This document shows positions 27,398-37,802 of a DNA stretch of 64,000 nucleotides, in pieces. The notes under the pieces were generated by a model. The model saw only the letters and a program-made list of their open reading frames with translations. It had not been told where the DNA came from and made no database searches. This DNA is from an uncultured Ignavibacteriales bacterium (GTDB lineage Bacteria > Bacteroidota > Ignavibacteria > Tepidaquicellales > OLB5). How positions within the stretch are numbered: the stretch's first letter is position 1; each line of letters begins with the position of its first letter. The stretch is taken from positions 141,030 through 205,029 of the forward strand of contig CAYWTS010000002.1 in assembly GCA_964461265.1 (NCBI GenBank), read 5' to 3'. The translations under genes were made by a program, and so were the position numbers.

Positions 27398-28216
27398 TTA
27401 TTTATTACCCGATTTATTTTTTGCAACAATAAGGTCTTTATACCTCAGATCAATAACGGTATACGAATTAATGCCGCGGTATAATAAAACTTTTTTCATA
27501 AACTTGTCTAAAAGAACAAGCTTCCGGTCTAAATCTTTCCGGAAACCGGTCTGAGTAATATCAGGCATTGTAACAACACCATATAATTTTTCAGCTTTAT
27601 TAACATCTTCATAATCGATCATCTTTATCACAGTTCCGTCATTACCGGTTAATTTTAAGCAGGCTGAATCGCCGAAATTAATTTCGGAAATATAGTTATA
27701 TAAAAGTCTATCGGTCTTTATTAGCTTACTTATCAAATATTTTGCTATCTTCAGTTTTTTTATATCCTGATGTGTAAGTGACCCAATAGCAATGCTGTCC
27801 GTTAAACCTGTAATAACAGGGATATTGTACCCGGTATTATTTTTTTTGTAATGGTATAGATTCAATTCGTCATCAACCATAAATAAACCGCTATTTGAAA
27901 GCACCATAGCAAACGGGTCTTTTTCGGTAATCTCAATTTTTATCACTGTAGATACGCGTTTTGCATTTACAGTTTTTACATTAGGATGCTTTGCAATCCT
28001 GCTTTCAATCATCTCAAGTGTAAGTCTGTTATTTATTATCAATGAATCATTCAATTTAGCAAAGCTAAAAACTTCCTCCTTTGTCAATGTTATATTGCCT
28101 GTAAATTCTACTCTTGTAGTTGTGGTTTTATCTTTCCAGTACCCGGAAAGTACAATCCCGCTGGCAGTAAAAAGACTTATCACAACAAACAAAATAATAA
28201 TCTTTGCTTTCGGCAT
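27398..28216 (-). CDS. ftsQ: cell division protein FtsQ (POTRA domain)
   Basis: 272 aa with a single N-terminal TM helix followed by a POTRA-like region. Position between murB and ftsA. Confidence 0.8.
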   Translation of the reverse strand: MPKAKIIILFVVISLFTASGIVLSGYWKDKTTTTRVEFTGNITLTKEEVFSFAKLNDSLIINNRLTLEMIESRIAKHPNVKTVNAKRVSTVIKIEITEKDPFAMVLSNSGLFMVDDELNLYHYKKNNTGYNIPVITGLTDSIAIGSLTHQDIKKLKIAKYLISKLIKTDRLLYNYISEINFGDSACLKLTGNDGTVIKMIDYEDVNKAEKLYGVVTMPDITQTGFRKDLDRKLVLLDKFMKKVLLYRGINSYTVIDLRYKDLIVAKNKSGNK

Positions 28217-29124
28217 TACATAATCACTCCTTCCTCAAAGCCAACAAGCTTAACTTCAAGTTCAAGATTAATACCTGTAAGTTCTTTCACCTTTGTTCGT
28301 ATAATCTTTATCAGTTCTAAGACATCATTAGCAGATGCACGGTCATAATTAACAATGAAATTAGAATGTTTGGTTGAAATCATTGCGCCGCCGCACTTCA
28401 TACCTTTCAAACCGCACTCTGCTATTAATTTTGCAGCGTAATTCCCTTCAGGATTTTTGAATATGCTTCCTGCATTGGGTAATTCTACAGGCTGTGATTG
28501 GTTTCGTTTCAGAATAAGCTGTTTTCTGATAAGCGAAAGTTCTTCTCTATTACCCTGCGGAAGCGAAAAAATCCCTTCAAGAACAATCATTTTCTGTAAA
28601 ATGGAATTTCTATACTCAAAGCCGCATAATTCTTTTGGAATGGTTATTAATTCGTTATTCTTTATTGCTTTTACCGATTCCAGATAGTCTGATATTTTTC
28701 CTCCGTAAGCACCTGCATTCATAATCAATGCCCCGCCCATTGTACCCGGTATACCGGCAAGCATTTCAACACCACCATAGCAATGGTTTATACAAAACTC
28801 AACGAATATTGCCAGCTTAACACCCGCTCCGCAAATTATTTTTCCGTCCTTGTGCTCAAGATTACTGAATCCTTTCTCAAGATTAATAACGAACCCGCGG
28901 TAACCTTCATCACTAACAAGTATATTGCTTCCGTTACCAATAATGCAGAACTGTTTCTTATAATCTGATATATATTTCAGCAAGCTCAAAAGATCTTCAG
29001 CATCAAGCGGTTCGGCATAAAAGTCGGCAGGTCCGCCTATTCTAAATGTAGTAAAAGGTGCCAGTTTCTCATTCTTTCTGAGTTTGCCCTTAAAATATTT
29101 CAATATTTCGTCAGCCTGTGTCAA
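28216..29124 (-). CDS. murB: UDP-N-acetylenolpyruvoylglucosamine reductase
   Basis: 302 aa with FAD-binding N-domain (FRIGGPADF...IGNGSNILVSD) and a MurB C-domain. Confidence 0.93.
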   Translation of the reverse strand: MTQADEILKYFKGKLRKNEKLAPFTTFRIGGPADFYAEPLDAEDLLSLLKYISDYKKQFCIIGNGSNILVSDEGYRGFVINLEKGFSNLEHKDGKIICGAGVKLAIFVEFCINHCYGGVEMLAGIPGTMGGALIMNAGAYGGKISDYLESVKAIKNNELITIPKELCGFEYRNSILQKMIVLEGIFSLPQGNREELSLIRKQLILKRNQSQPVELPNAGSIFKNPEGNYAAKLIAECGLKGMKCGGAMISTKHSNFIVNYDRASANDVLELIKIIRTKVKELTGINLELEVKLVGFEEGVIM

Positions 29125-29128
29125 TTGG

Positions 29129-30514
29129 TTATTTGAGTAATCTTATAAAATCATCACAAACAAATGTAATATCGCCTGCCCCCTGAAATACAACTACATC
29201 ATTTTCTCTTATGGAATTTTTAAGCTTATTAATTAATTCATTATTATCCCGGAAGTAGTAAACAAAATCTATACAATTTTTAAGCTTGTCTATTATTAAT
29301 TCGCTTGTTACTCCTTTAATTGGCATCTCCCTTGCAGGATATATATCCATTAGATAAACTTCATCAGCAACCCTAAGACTATTAGCAAATTCTTTGTAAA
29401 AATCACGTGTACGTGAATATAAATGAGGCTGGAAAACGGTAATTATCCTTTTCCCGGGATAACTTTCTTTCAAAGTAGTCAAGCTGGCTTCTATTTCACG
29501 GGGGTGATGTGCATAATCGTCATACACCTTAATGCCTTTATCATCAAACTTCAGTTCCAGCCTGCGCTGAACTGTCTTAAAATCCCCAATACTTTTTTTG
29601 AATACTTCGAAACCGATGTTTAGCAGCTTAGCTATGCTAAAACCTGCTGCAGTGTTCAATGCATTATGTTTACCCGGTAAAGTAACGGAAATATTTTCGT
29701 ATTTTTTATGTGAGTTCAGAACCGAAAAATTTACCCGTTTTAACATGTAATGATAATCCGTTATTCTCAAGCTGCAGCCTTCCGAAAATCCATATGAAAT
29801 ATTTTCTGTTGCAAGGTTTCGAACTACCTCGCAAGTATTTTTATCATCTCCGCAATAAACCACTTTTGAATATTTTTTCGAACCATCGATAAAACTCCTG
29901 AATGTATTTTTAATATCATTCAGATCTTTATAAATATCCAAATGGTCTTCTTCAATATTTGTTATGACTGCAATATCGGGATGCAGTGCAAGGAAAGAAC
30001 GATCATATTCATCAGCTTCGACCACAGCATATTTACCTTTGCCAATATGTGAAGCAGTGCCTCCAAACAAATCAACATTGCCTCCAACAAACACCAAGGG
30101 GTCGAAACCTGCATCCAGTAAAAGCTTAGCAATAATAGCTGTTGTTGTTGTTTTGCCATGAGTACCTGCAACAGCTATAAGGAATTTCTCGTTTACAACT
30201 TCACCAAGCACTTTAGCTCTTTTCATCACCTTTATTCTCAGCTTTTGTGCTGAAGTAAGTTCGGGATTATCACTCTTTACAGCTGAAGTGTACACAACCA
30301 AATCGGCAGCAGGGTTAATATTATCTTCTGAATGACCTATACATATTTTTATACCTTTTTGCTTCAGAGTTTCGGTTATAGGTGAAGGTATTAAATCGGA
30401 ACCGCTAACAATGCACCCACAGCTTAAAAAATATTCTGCAAGCCCGTACATACCTATACCGCCAATACCGATAAAATGAACACTTTTAATATTTTCTTTT
30501 TCTATAAATGACAA
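29129..30514 (-). CDS. murC: UDP-N-acetylmuramate--L-alanine ligase
   Basis: 461 aa. HFIGIGGIGM and GTHGKTTTTA motifs. Confidence 0.95.
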   Translation of the reverse strand: MSFIEKENIKSVHFIGIGGIGMYGLAEYFLSCGCIVSGSDLIPSPITETLKQKGIKICIGHSEDNINPAADLVVYTSAVKSDNPELTSAQKLRIKVMKRAKVLGEVVNEKFLIAVAGTHGKTTTTAIIAKLLLDAGFDPLVFVGGNVDLFGGTASHIGKGKYAVVEADEYDRSFLALHPDIAVITNIEEDHLDIYKDLNDIKNTFRSFIDGSKKYSKVVYCGDDKNTCEVVRNLATENISYGFSEGCSLRITDYHYMLKRVNFSVLNSHKKYENISVTLPGKHNALNTAAGFSIAKLLNIGFEVFKKSIGDFKTVQRRLELKFDDKGIKVYDDYAHHPREIEASLTTLKESYPGKRIITVFQPHLYSRTRDFYKEFANSLRVADEVYLMDIYPAREMPIKGVTSELIIDKLKNCIDFVYYFRDNNELINKLKNSIRENDVVVFQGAGDITFVCDDFIRLLK

Positions 30515-30525
30515 TTTATTTCATA

Positions 30526-30969
30526 TCAGATTTTTACTTTAAGAAATTCTCTTATCAACTCCCCACCCCTTTCAAAATCATTTGCCCTAAGCCGGAGTAG
30601 TCTTCTGCGGTTTTTCAATTTTATCTTAATAATTCGCATTTTACCGTCACCGGGGCTTCTTCGTCTTCCTATCTTCACGTTCAAAATTTCATTAAACATT
30701 ACTTCACGGCTGCCAAAACGGTTTCTAAATACGACCCGGTCATTTTTGATTATTATCTGCCTGCCTCTAATCAGGTTCACTATTACGATAATCAGGAACA
30801 GACAAATGAAAAGTATAAGGATATAGATAATCGGGTCATTGAAAACAAGAGTAAACTTTTCTTCGAAAAATTTCCCCTTTATCACTGCATAAAGAACAAA
30901 GAATACGAGGTAAATTACCAGCAGCTGGTAAATGTAATCCATTCTGTATTTATAAATTTTTTCGTCCAT
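30526..30969 (-). CDS. hypothetical membrane protein (2 TM + basic C-terminal domain) inside the dcw cluster
   Basis: Start placed at ATG 30969 (MDEKIYKYRMDY...), 1 nt after the murG stop. The ORF-track start at 31002 would overlap murG. Two TM helices, then RVVFRNRFGSREVMF...IKIKLKNRRRLLRL. Confidence 0.6.
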   Translation of the reverse strand: MDEKIYKYRMDYIYQLLVIYLVFFVLYAVIKGKFFEEKFTLVFNDPIIYILILFICLFLIIVIVNLIRGRQIIIKNDRVVFRNRFGSREVMFNEILNVKIGRRRSPGDGKMRIIKIKLKNRRRLLRLRANDFERGGELIREFLKVKI

Positions 30970-30970
30970 T

Positions 30971-32089
30971 TCAGTTAACAGAATATTTTGACATATAATC
31001 AAGTAATTCGGCTAACTTATAAGCTGCATCGGGATCAGCAAATGATTTTACTTTTTCTTTCAATCTTGCGGTTATTTGGTCGTTATCCATCAGTCTTAAG
31101 ATAAAATTCATCAAATCACGTTTTAAATCATTATCAAGTATCATTTCGGCGGCTCCTGCTTTTACCATAGCCCGTGCATTTTTTTCCTGGTGATTTTCGG
31201 CTGCTTTCGGATACGGTACAAATATTGCAGCACAACCAAAAGCAGCTACTTCCATTATAGTTGATATACCTGCACGGCACACAATAAGATTACATGCCGA
31301 ATAAGCTGCATCCATATTATCGATGTATTTTAAAATCTTTATTGAATTATTTCCTAAAAATTTTTCCGAATATAAATTATAATCGTTCTGTCCGGTCTGC
31401 CAGATTAACTGAATTTCCCTTTCGCAGAGCATTCCCGCAAAACCTGAAACTGCTTCATTAATACTGCCGGCACCAAGACTGCCTCCGACTACAAATAATA
31501 TTTTTTTATTGTGGTCAAGCCCGAATGCTGCAGCAGCTTCCCTCTTTGAAAGTCTATTCAAATTTTTCCTGACAGGACAGTTCATTAACAAAATATTGTT
31601 ATCCTTCTTAAAATATTTCTTAGTTTCCTCAAAATTTAAAATCAGCTTATCAACTTTCGAAGCAAGAAGGCGGACAGTTGCACCGGGATAGAAGTTGCCT
31701 TCATGAACTGCTGTAGGAATTCCCAGCTTCGAAGCTGCCCATAGAACAGGTCCGGAAACATAACCGCCTGTTCCGAACACAACCTGCGGATTGAAATCTT
31801 TAATTATTTTTTTTGATATTTTTAATGCTTTCACAAGTTTACCTGTATTGAATAAATTCTTCAGGTTTAACTTCCTTTCAAAACCGCTGATTTCAATCGT
31901 TATCAGCCTGTACCCGCAAGACGGGATAATTTTCTCTTCCATCTTTCCCTTTGCTCCAACAAATAATATCTTAACATCCTCATTTATTTTTCTTAACTCA
32001 TCAGCAACTGCTACTGCGGGATAAATATGACCTCCTGTTCCGCCTGCTGCTATTAGTATTCTTTCAATCTTCATGATTATTATCTTCAA
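30971..32089 (-). CDS. murG: undecaprenyldiphospho-muramoylpentapeptide beta-N-acetylglucosaminyltransferase
   Basis: 372 aa with the GGTGGHIYPA motif. Start is either 32089 or 32074. Confidence 0.94.
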   Translation of the reverse strand: MKIIIMKIERILIAAGGTGGHIYPAVAVADELRKINEDVKILFVGAKGKMEEKIIPSCGYRLITIEISGFERKLNLKNLFNTGKLVKALKISKKIIKDFNPQVVFGTGGYVSGPVLWAASKLGIPTAVHEGNFYPGATVRLLASKVDKLILNFEETKKYFKKDNNILLMNCPVRKNLNRLSKREAAAAFGLDHNKKILFVVGGSLGAGSINEAVSGFAGMLCEREIQLIWQTGQNDYNLYSEKFLGNNSIKILKYIDNMDAAYSACNLIVCRAGISTIMEVAAFGCAAIFVPYPKAAENHQEKNARAMVKAGAAEMILDNDLKRDLMNFILRLMDNDQITARLKEKVKSFADPDAAYKLAELLDYMSKYSVN

Positions 32090-33197
32090 CCCAGCCGGGT
32101 TTAAAGTCTGTTCGGTGGGTTGAAATGTTTAGTAATATTCCAACTGCTATTGAATTAAATATTATCGAAGTTCCGCCATAACTGATAAAAGGCAATGTAA
32201 CTCCCGTTGTAGGAATTATTCCTGTAGAAACCATCATATTTACAACGGCATTCATTGCAATAACAGCGGTAATACCGAATGCAAAATATTTTCCAAAATC
32301 ATCATCCATTTTTTTTGCAACCTTAAAGCCTTTATAAATAAACAGTGCAAAAAGCACAATAACCAGAACGGTTCCGAAATAGCCGTATTCCTCACCAAGA
32401 ATAGCAAAAACAAAGTCATCGTAAGATTGCGGGAGAAAAAATTCTTTCTGGTTAGAATTGCCGGGTCCGACACCAAAAATAAAACCGTTCCCGAACCCGA
32501 TAATTGCCTGTGAAAGCTGGTAATTGCTTTCTTCACCGTTAATACTCCCGGCAAAGGCAAAAAGCCTGTTCAATGCATAAGTTTTAGACCAGATATAAAG
32601 CAAAGCAACGGGAAGCACGGATACAACTGTAAAAACAATATGTTTTATCTTAACCTTACCGATATAAAACATCAGCATACACGTAACAAAAATCATAATC
32701 GCTGTGGAAATATTAGGCTGTAAAGCAATAAGAGTACATACAACCAATACATAAAACAGCATAGGTAAATAAGAAAAATACAGGCTCCAGATATAATCTC
32801 TTTTATCAGCCAGCATATAAGCAATATTCAATACCAGCACATACTTTACAAAATCGGCTGGTTGAAAACTTACACCGGCTATTTTTATCCACCTAACAGC
32901 ACCTTTAGTTGCTTCGATGTTCGAGACAATAAGATAAGCGAGCAACGCAAAAACGACAACTATCAATAATTTTCTGAAATTTATGAGCGACCTGTAATCG
33001 ATCCTTGAGAATAAGAATATACAGAATATACCTATTCCAGCACGTAAAACATGATTTTTAAAAAGCATACTGCTATCACCGCTCATCTTAGCCGACCAGC
33101 TTGAAGAAGCACTGTAAACAACACCAAAACTCATCCCTATAAGCATAAGGACGGGAATTAATATCCAGAGATCTATTTTATGTTGCCCTGTACTCAT
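32064..33197 (-). CDS. ftsW: SEDS-family peptidoglycan polymerase FtsW
   Basis: 377 aa, polytopic. PTTGVTLPFISYGGTS motif. Confidence 0.92.
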   Translation of the reverse strand: MSTGQHKIDLWILIPVLMLIGMSFGVVYSASSSWSAKMSGDSSMLFKNHVLRAGIGIFCIFLFSRIDYRSLINFRKLLIVVVFALLAYLIVSNIEATKGAVRWIKIAGVSFQPADFVKYVLVLNIAYMLADKRDYIWSLYFSYLPMLFYVLVVCTLIALQPNISTAIMIFVTCMLMFYIGKVKIKHIVFTVVSVLPVALLYIWSKTYALNRLFAFAGSINGEESNYQLSQAIIGFGNGFIFGVGPGNSNQKEFFLPQSYDDFVFAILGEEYGYFGTVLVIVLFALFIYKGFKVAKKMDDDFGKYFAFGITAVIAMNAVVNMMVSTGIIPTTGVTLPFISYGGTSIIFNSIAVGILLNISTHRTDFKPGWVEDNNHED

Positions 33198-34567
33198 AGC
33201 TCGTTCACAAGTTTTTTAAATTCTGTTCCCCTGTGCTCAAAATTTTTATACATATCGAAACTTGCACAAGCAGGCGATAGGAGCACTACATCACCTCTCT
33301 TCGATAAATCGAAAGATTTCCTTACAGCATCCCACATATCTTCAGCAAGCGTAACAGGCAACAGAGTGTTAAAATAATCGAATATTTTCATTTTCGATGA
33401 ACCTATTGCTACAATATGCTTCACATGTTCAAGCACTAATTTTTCAATTTCCGAATAATCATTTCCCTTATCTTTACCGCCGAGAATCAGTATAATAGGT
33501 TCATCGAATCCTTCAAGTGCATAACAAACCGAATTAACATTAGTCGCTTTTGAATCGTTATAATATTTAACTCCATTCAGTTCTCTTACAAATTCAAGTC
33601 TGTGTTCCACCCCCTGAAAAGAAGATAGCGTACTATGTATCTTTTCACTATCGATACCATATACTTTAGCAGCAGAAATTGCTGCAAGGCAATTATATAC
33701 ATTATGAGACCCTTTTATAATAAGTTTATCTCTGTCTATAATCCCTTCTTTTTTACCATCGCTTGAAAAAGATAATCGGGTATTTTCTAAATATGCACAG
33801 GTATCGAATTTATCCGTCAGGTTATGCTTTATGCTAAAAGGAATAAATTTTGCCTTAATATTTTTTCCGAGATTTGCTGAAATAGTGTCATCATCAAAAT
33901 TATAGATAAAGAAATCTTTTGAATCCTGATTTTCAAATACCTTTAATTTTGATTTTATGTAATCCCGGTAATTGGTGTTGTATCTATCCAGATGATCGGG
34001 TGTAATATTCAAAAGCACTGATATGTACGGCTTAAATTTTTTTATATTATCGAGCTGGAAACTGCTCGTTTCTAAAACAGCAATTCCATCAGAAGAAATT
34101 TTACTAACAACGTCACAAAAAGCAGTTCCTATATTACCGCAAACATAAGTTTCTAATCCAGCATCTTTAAATATTTCACCGGTTAAGGTTGTAGTTGTAG
34201 TTTTACCGTTTGTTCCTGTTATGGAAATAATTTTACCTTTGCAGAACCAGTATCCTAATTCTATTTCGCTTATAACATTAATTTTTCTTGAAAGAGCTGT
34301 CTTCACAACTTCTGAATCCTGCGGTACACCGGGACTTAAAACCATAAGTTCACCTTTATATACATTTCCTGAATGTTTACCGAACTCATATTCGACTTGT
34401 AAACTTCTCACCTCATCAATAATACTCTTTTCCAGTTCCTTTTCGGAAGCTGAATCGCTTAAGAACACATTATAACCGTTGCTTTTTAATAAACGGGCAG
34501 CTGCAATGCCGCTTCTTGCGGCACCTATTATACTGACATCCGTAAATTTGTATGGCAGCTGTTCCAT
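33194..34567 (-). CDS. murD: UDP-N-acetylmuramoylalanine--D-glutamate ligase
   Basis: 457 aa with the ITGTNGKTTTTT motif. 4-nt overlap with ftsW. Confidence 0.94.
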   Translation of the reverse strand: MEQLPYKFTDVSIIGAARSGIAAARLLKSNGYNVFLSDSASEKELEKSIIDEVRSLQVEYEFGKHSGNVYKGELMVLSPGVPQDSEVVKTALSRKINVISEIELGYWFCKGKIISITGTNGKTTTTTLTGEIFKDAGLETYVCGNIGTAFCDVVSKISSDGIAVLETSSFQLDNIKKFKPYISVLLNITPDHLDRYNTNYRDYIKSKLKVFENQDSKDFFIYNFDDDTISANLGKNIKAKFIPFSIKHNLTDKFDTCAYLENTRLSFSSDGKKEGIIDRDKLIIKGSHNVYNCLAAISAAKVYGIDSEKIHSTLSSFQGVEHRLEFVRELNGVKYYNDSKATNVNSVCYALEGFDEPIILILGGKDKGNDYSEIEKLVLEHVKHIVAIGSSKMKIFDYFNTLLPVTLAEDMWDAVRKSFDLSKRGDVVLLSPACASFDMYKNFEHRGTEFKKLVNEL

Positions 34568-34573
34568 AGTTAA

Positions 34574-35221
34574 TTATCTCGGTATTGTTGCACCGATATT
34601 TAATCCGATTCCCTGGTAACGTTTCTCGTCGAACTCCCTCAGGTAATTGAAGTACTTTATTTCAAGAATCACGTTGAAGTCATAAGAACGGAAAAAGACA
34701 CAACCAGCAATCAGGTTCATTCCAAGTCCCCCTCTCGCAGCGATGGTAGTTTTATTAGGGTCATCTTTATCACGCCCTACGAAGTGCAGCCCAAGTCCGC
34801 CTCCAACAAAGGGGTCGAATTCCGATTTATTAGCCGAACCCAAAAACGGATAGAATACATTAATATCAAGACCAATATCGGTAAATGCAGGGCTGGTTTT
34901 AAACCGCCATGGCAGGCTTATTTCCGCAAAAAAGCTTTCTCCGATAAATTTAGCAAATACTTCAATTGCAATAAGCTGATGTCCCGTATAATCACCTTGC
35001 GGCCAAAACATCCCTATTTTGCCTCCCGGAACAATGTAAATTTTCTTGGTTGGTTTCTGAAACTTATTAAGCTCCTGTAAAGTGTTTTTCGAATTGGATA
35101 GCTTCAATTTTGGCAATAATTCTTTGCTGCTCAAACCTGAGCCATCCTGAGCGTGTAAATTCAAATTAAGTAACAACAGAACCGTCGTAGTAACTATTAA
35201 TTTTAAGATATTGGTTTTCAT
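34574..35221 (-). CDS. small outer-membrane beta-barrel protein inside the dcw cluster
   Basis: 215 aa. Signal peptide ending LHA-Q. Alternating hydrophobic/Gly-rich strands (GGGLGLHFVG, GGLGMNLIAG, GIGLNIGATI) typical of 8-stranded OMP barrels. Confidence 0.6.
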   Translation of the reverse strand: MKTNILKLIVTTTVLLLLNLNLHAQDGSGLSSKELLPKLKLSNSKNTLQELNKFQKPTKKIYIVPGGKIGMFWPQGDYTGHQLIAIEVFAKFIGESFFAEISLPWRFKTSPAFTDIGLDINVFYPFLGSANKSEFDPFVGGGLGLHFVGRDKDDPNKTTIAARGGLGMNLIAGCVFFRSYDFNVILEIKYFNYLREFDEKRYQGIGLNIGATIPR

Positions 35222-35237
35222 GTTATGTACCTTTCTT

Positions 35238-36347
35238 TTATCTTATCTTAAATGTTGCAAAAGTCAATATGGCAAGTATCACAGCAATTATATAAAACCT
35301 GATTACTATCTTAGGTTCGGCAATACCAGCCACTTCAAAATGATGGTGAAGAGGCGACATCCTGAACACCCTTCTGCCCTCACCGTATTTCTTCTTTGTG
35401 TATTTGAAATAATACCTTTGAATGATTACCGATAACGATTCGGCAAAAAATATTCCTCCGAGTATCGGAAGCAAAAACTCCTTCTTTACAAGTATAGATA
35501 ATGTACCTACAGCACCGCCAAGTGCAAGGGCACCTGTATCACCCATAATTACTTGTGCAGGGTAAGAATTGAACCATAAAAATCCCAGCGAGGCACCTAT
35601 CAATGCAGCACAGTAAACTACAAGCTCACCGTTACCGGGAAGATAAAGTATATTTAAATAGCGGCTGTAAATTTCGTTACCTGAAACGTAACTAATGAAT
35701 GCCAACGCCATTACAGCTATACCCACACATCCAATTGCCAGCCCGTCAAGCCCATCCGTTAAATTAACAGCATTTGAGGTTGCTGTGATTATAAACACAA
35801 TAATCGGTATGTAGAAATATGAAAAATCGAATTCAATATTCTTTAAAAACGGAATTGTTGTTATAGTGTTAAATCTATCGAATTCAGGAAGAAAATAAAT
35901 TAACAATGCTATAACCAGCCCAAGCAATACCTGATTAATGAGTTTATACTTGGCAACAAGACCTTTTTTATTTTTTTTAAATACTTTAAGGTAATCATCA
36001 AAGAAACCTACAGCTCCCATCCATACTGTAGAGATTAAAATCAATAATACGTATGTATTCTTAAGGTCACCCCATAACAGCACCGGAATTAGAAGTGATG
36101 CAAGTATAATAAGCCCCCCCATTGTAGGTGTACCCTTTTTTACGAGATGCGTATCGGGACCATCGTGTCTTATTTCATCAGCTACATGTTTTTCTCTGAG
36201 TTTTCGGATTATTCGGGGACCTACCCAGAAACTAATTACCATCGCAGTGATTGCCGCAAGTGCTGCACGCCAGGTTATAAAACGGAATACATCGAACCCC
36301 GGAGGATTGAACGTTCTATTAATGTATTCTGCCAGATAGTAAAGCAT
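35238..36347 (-). CDS. mraY: phospho-N-acetylmuramoyl-pentapeptide transferase
   Basis: 369 aa. NAVNLTDGLDGLA and HHHFE motifs. Confidence 0.96.
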   Translation of the reverse strand: MLYYLAEYINRTFNPPGFDVFRFITWRAALAAITAMVISFWVGPRIIRKLREKHVADEIRHDGPDTHLVKKGTPTMGGLIILASLLIPVLLWGDLKNTYVLLILISTVWMGAVGFFDDYLKVFKKNKKGLVAKYKLINQVLLGLVIALLIYFLPEFDRFNTITTIPFLKNIEFDFSYFYIPIIVFIITATSNAVNLTDGLDGLAIGCVGIAVMALAFISYVSGNEIYSRYLNILYLPGNGELVVYCAALIGASLGFLWFNSYPAQVIMGDTGALALGGAVGTLSILVKKEFLLPILGGIFFAESLSVIIQRYYFKYTKKKYGEGRRVFRMSPLHHHFEVAGIAEPKIVIRFYIIAVILAILTFATFKIR

Positions 36348-36404
36348 TTTTTTTTCTTAAAAACCTCTCAATAATAAACTTCTGAAATTTTCGTATTTTT
36401 TTAC

Positions 36405-37802
36405 TTAAATTATCGAATCCACAATTTCTTCCATCTTCATCCCACGCGAACCCTTCACTAAAACAATATCATTTTTACTTATATTGAGTTTTAACATTTC
36501 TATTAACGTTTTTTTATCTTCAAAATAATAATTACTGCTCAAGCCTTTTGCACCCCTGTAAGTTTCGTAAGATAACTTACCATAGGTGTATAGAGCATCG
36601 AATTTCATTTGTTTTACAAGCCTGCCAGCATTACAATGCTCTGCTATTCCCGTTTTTCCCAGTTCAAGCATATCTCCAAGTACAACGTGTTTTTTCCCGC
36701 TGCATTTGTATATTTTTAAATTTTGCAGGGCAGCTTTCACCGAATCCGGATTTGCGTTGTAACTATCATCAATTATCCAGTACCCCTTCGATTTCTTTAT
36801 CTCATTTCTGCGTTTTGTAATTCTCTTTATCTCATGTAATGCAGATTTAACGTGATAAAACGGAACGTTAAAGAATAAACCCACAGCAGAAGCAGCAAGT
36901 GCAGAGTAAAAACTTTGTATTCCTGCTATACAAAGTGACGTTGTAAATGACTGTTTCCCGCAGCTGATTGCAATTTCAGGATAAAACGATTTAAATCTTT
37001 TCAGCACACCCGTCACGTTTGCATTTGCGTGTGTGCCAAAAGAGTATATATTTAATTTCCGATTTTGTGACATCTTTCTTATATATTTATCGTCACTGTT
37101 TAAAAAAAATGTTCCGTAAACGTTTTCAAGATAATCTATTAATCTGCCTTCTTCTTTACAAACACCTTTTAAGTTTTTCAGGAACTCAAGGTGTTCTCTG
37201 CCGATGTTTGTTAAAAGTCCGAATTGAGGCTTAGCAATTCTGCAAAGCTCTTCAATTTCCCCGAATTGGTTAGTACCAACTTCAATCACCGCAATGTTAT
37301 GCTTTTTCCGAAGCTTAAAAAGTGTTAAAGGTACTCCAATACGGTTATTAAAGTTACATTCTGATTTTAACACCGAATATTTTTTCGAAAGAACAAAAGC
37401 AGTAAAATCTTTAACTGATGTTTTTCCGTTACTGCCTCCTATTGCTACCACAGGTATAAGAAACCGGCTTCTGTAAAGAGAAGCAAGCTTTCCAAAAGAT
37501 TTTAACGTGTCATTTACTAAAATCCAGCATACACTGCCGAATTTATATCCAAGCTTTCTTTTAACACTCGTTGTGTTATTTTTATTTATTACAACAGCTT
37601 TTACTCCGCGTTTTACAACATCAGAAATAAAATTATGCCCATCGAACTTTTCTCCTTTTATTGCAAAGAACACATCGGAGTTCAGGCATTTTCTTGAATC
37701 TATCGATACACCTTTTACTGTATAACTTTTAAGTTTATCTGCATTTATAATAACTGCCCCGTCAAAACTCATAAAATCTTCAAGTGTAAATCTCATCAGC
37801 AA
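36405..37802 (-). CDS. murF: UDP-N-acetylmuramoyl-tripeptide--D-alanyl-D-alanine ligase
   Basis: 465 aa with GGSNGKTSVK. Position after murE. Confidence 0.92.
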   Translation of the reverse strand: MLMRFTLEDFMSFDGAVIINADKLKSYTVKGVSIDSRKCLNSDVFFAIKGEKFDGHNFISDVVKRGVKAVVINKNNTTSVKRKLGYKFGSVCWILVNDTLKSFGKLASLYRSRFLIPVVAIGGSNGKTSVKDFTAFVLSKKYSVLKSECNFNNRIGVPLTLFKLRKKHNIAVIEVGTNQFGEIEELCRIAKPQFGLLTNIGREHLEFLKNLKGVCKEEGRLIDYLENVYGTFFLNSDDKYIRKMSQNRKLNIYSFGTHANANVTGVLKRFKSFYPEIAISCGKQSFTTSLCIAGIQSFYSALAASAVGLFFNVPFYHVKSALHEIKRITKRRNEIKKSKGYWIIDDSYNANPDSVKAALQNLKIYKCSGKKHVVLGDMLELGKTGIAEHCNAGRLVKQMKFDALYTYGKLSYETYRGAKGLSSNYYFEDKKTLIEMLKLNISKNDIVLVKGSRGMKMEEIVDSII

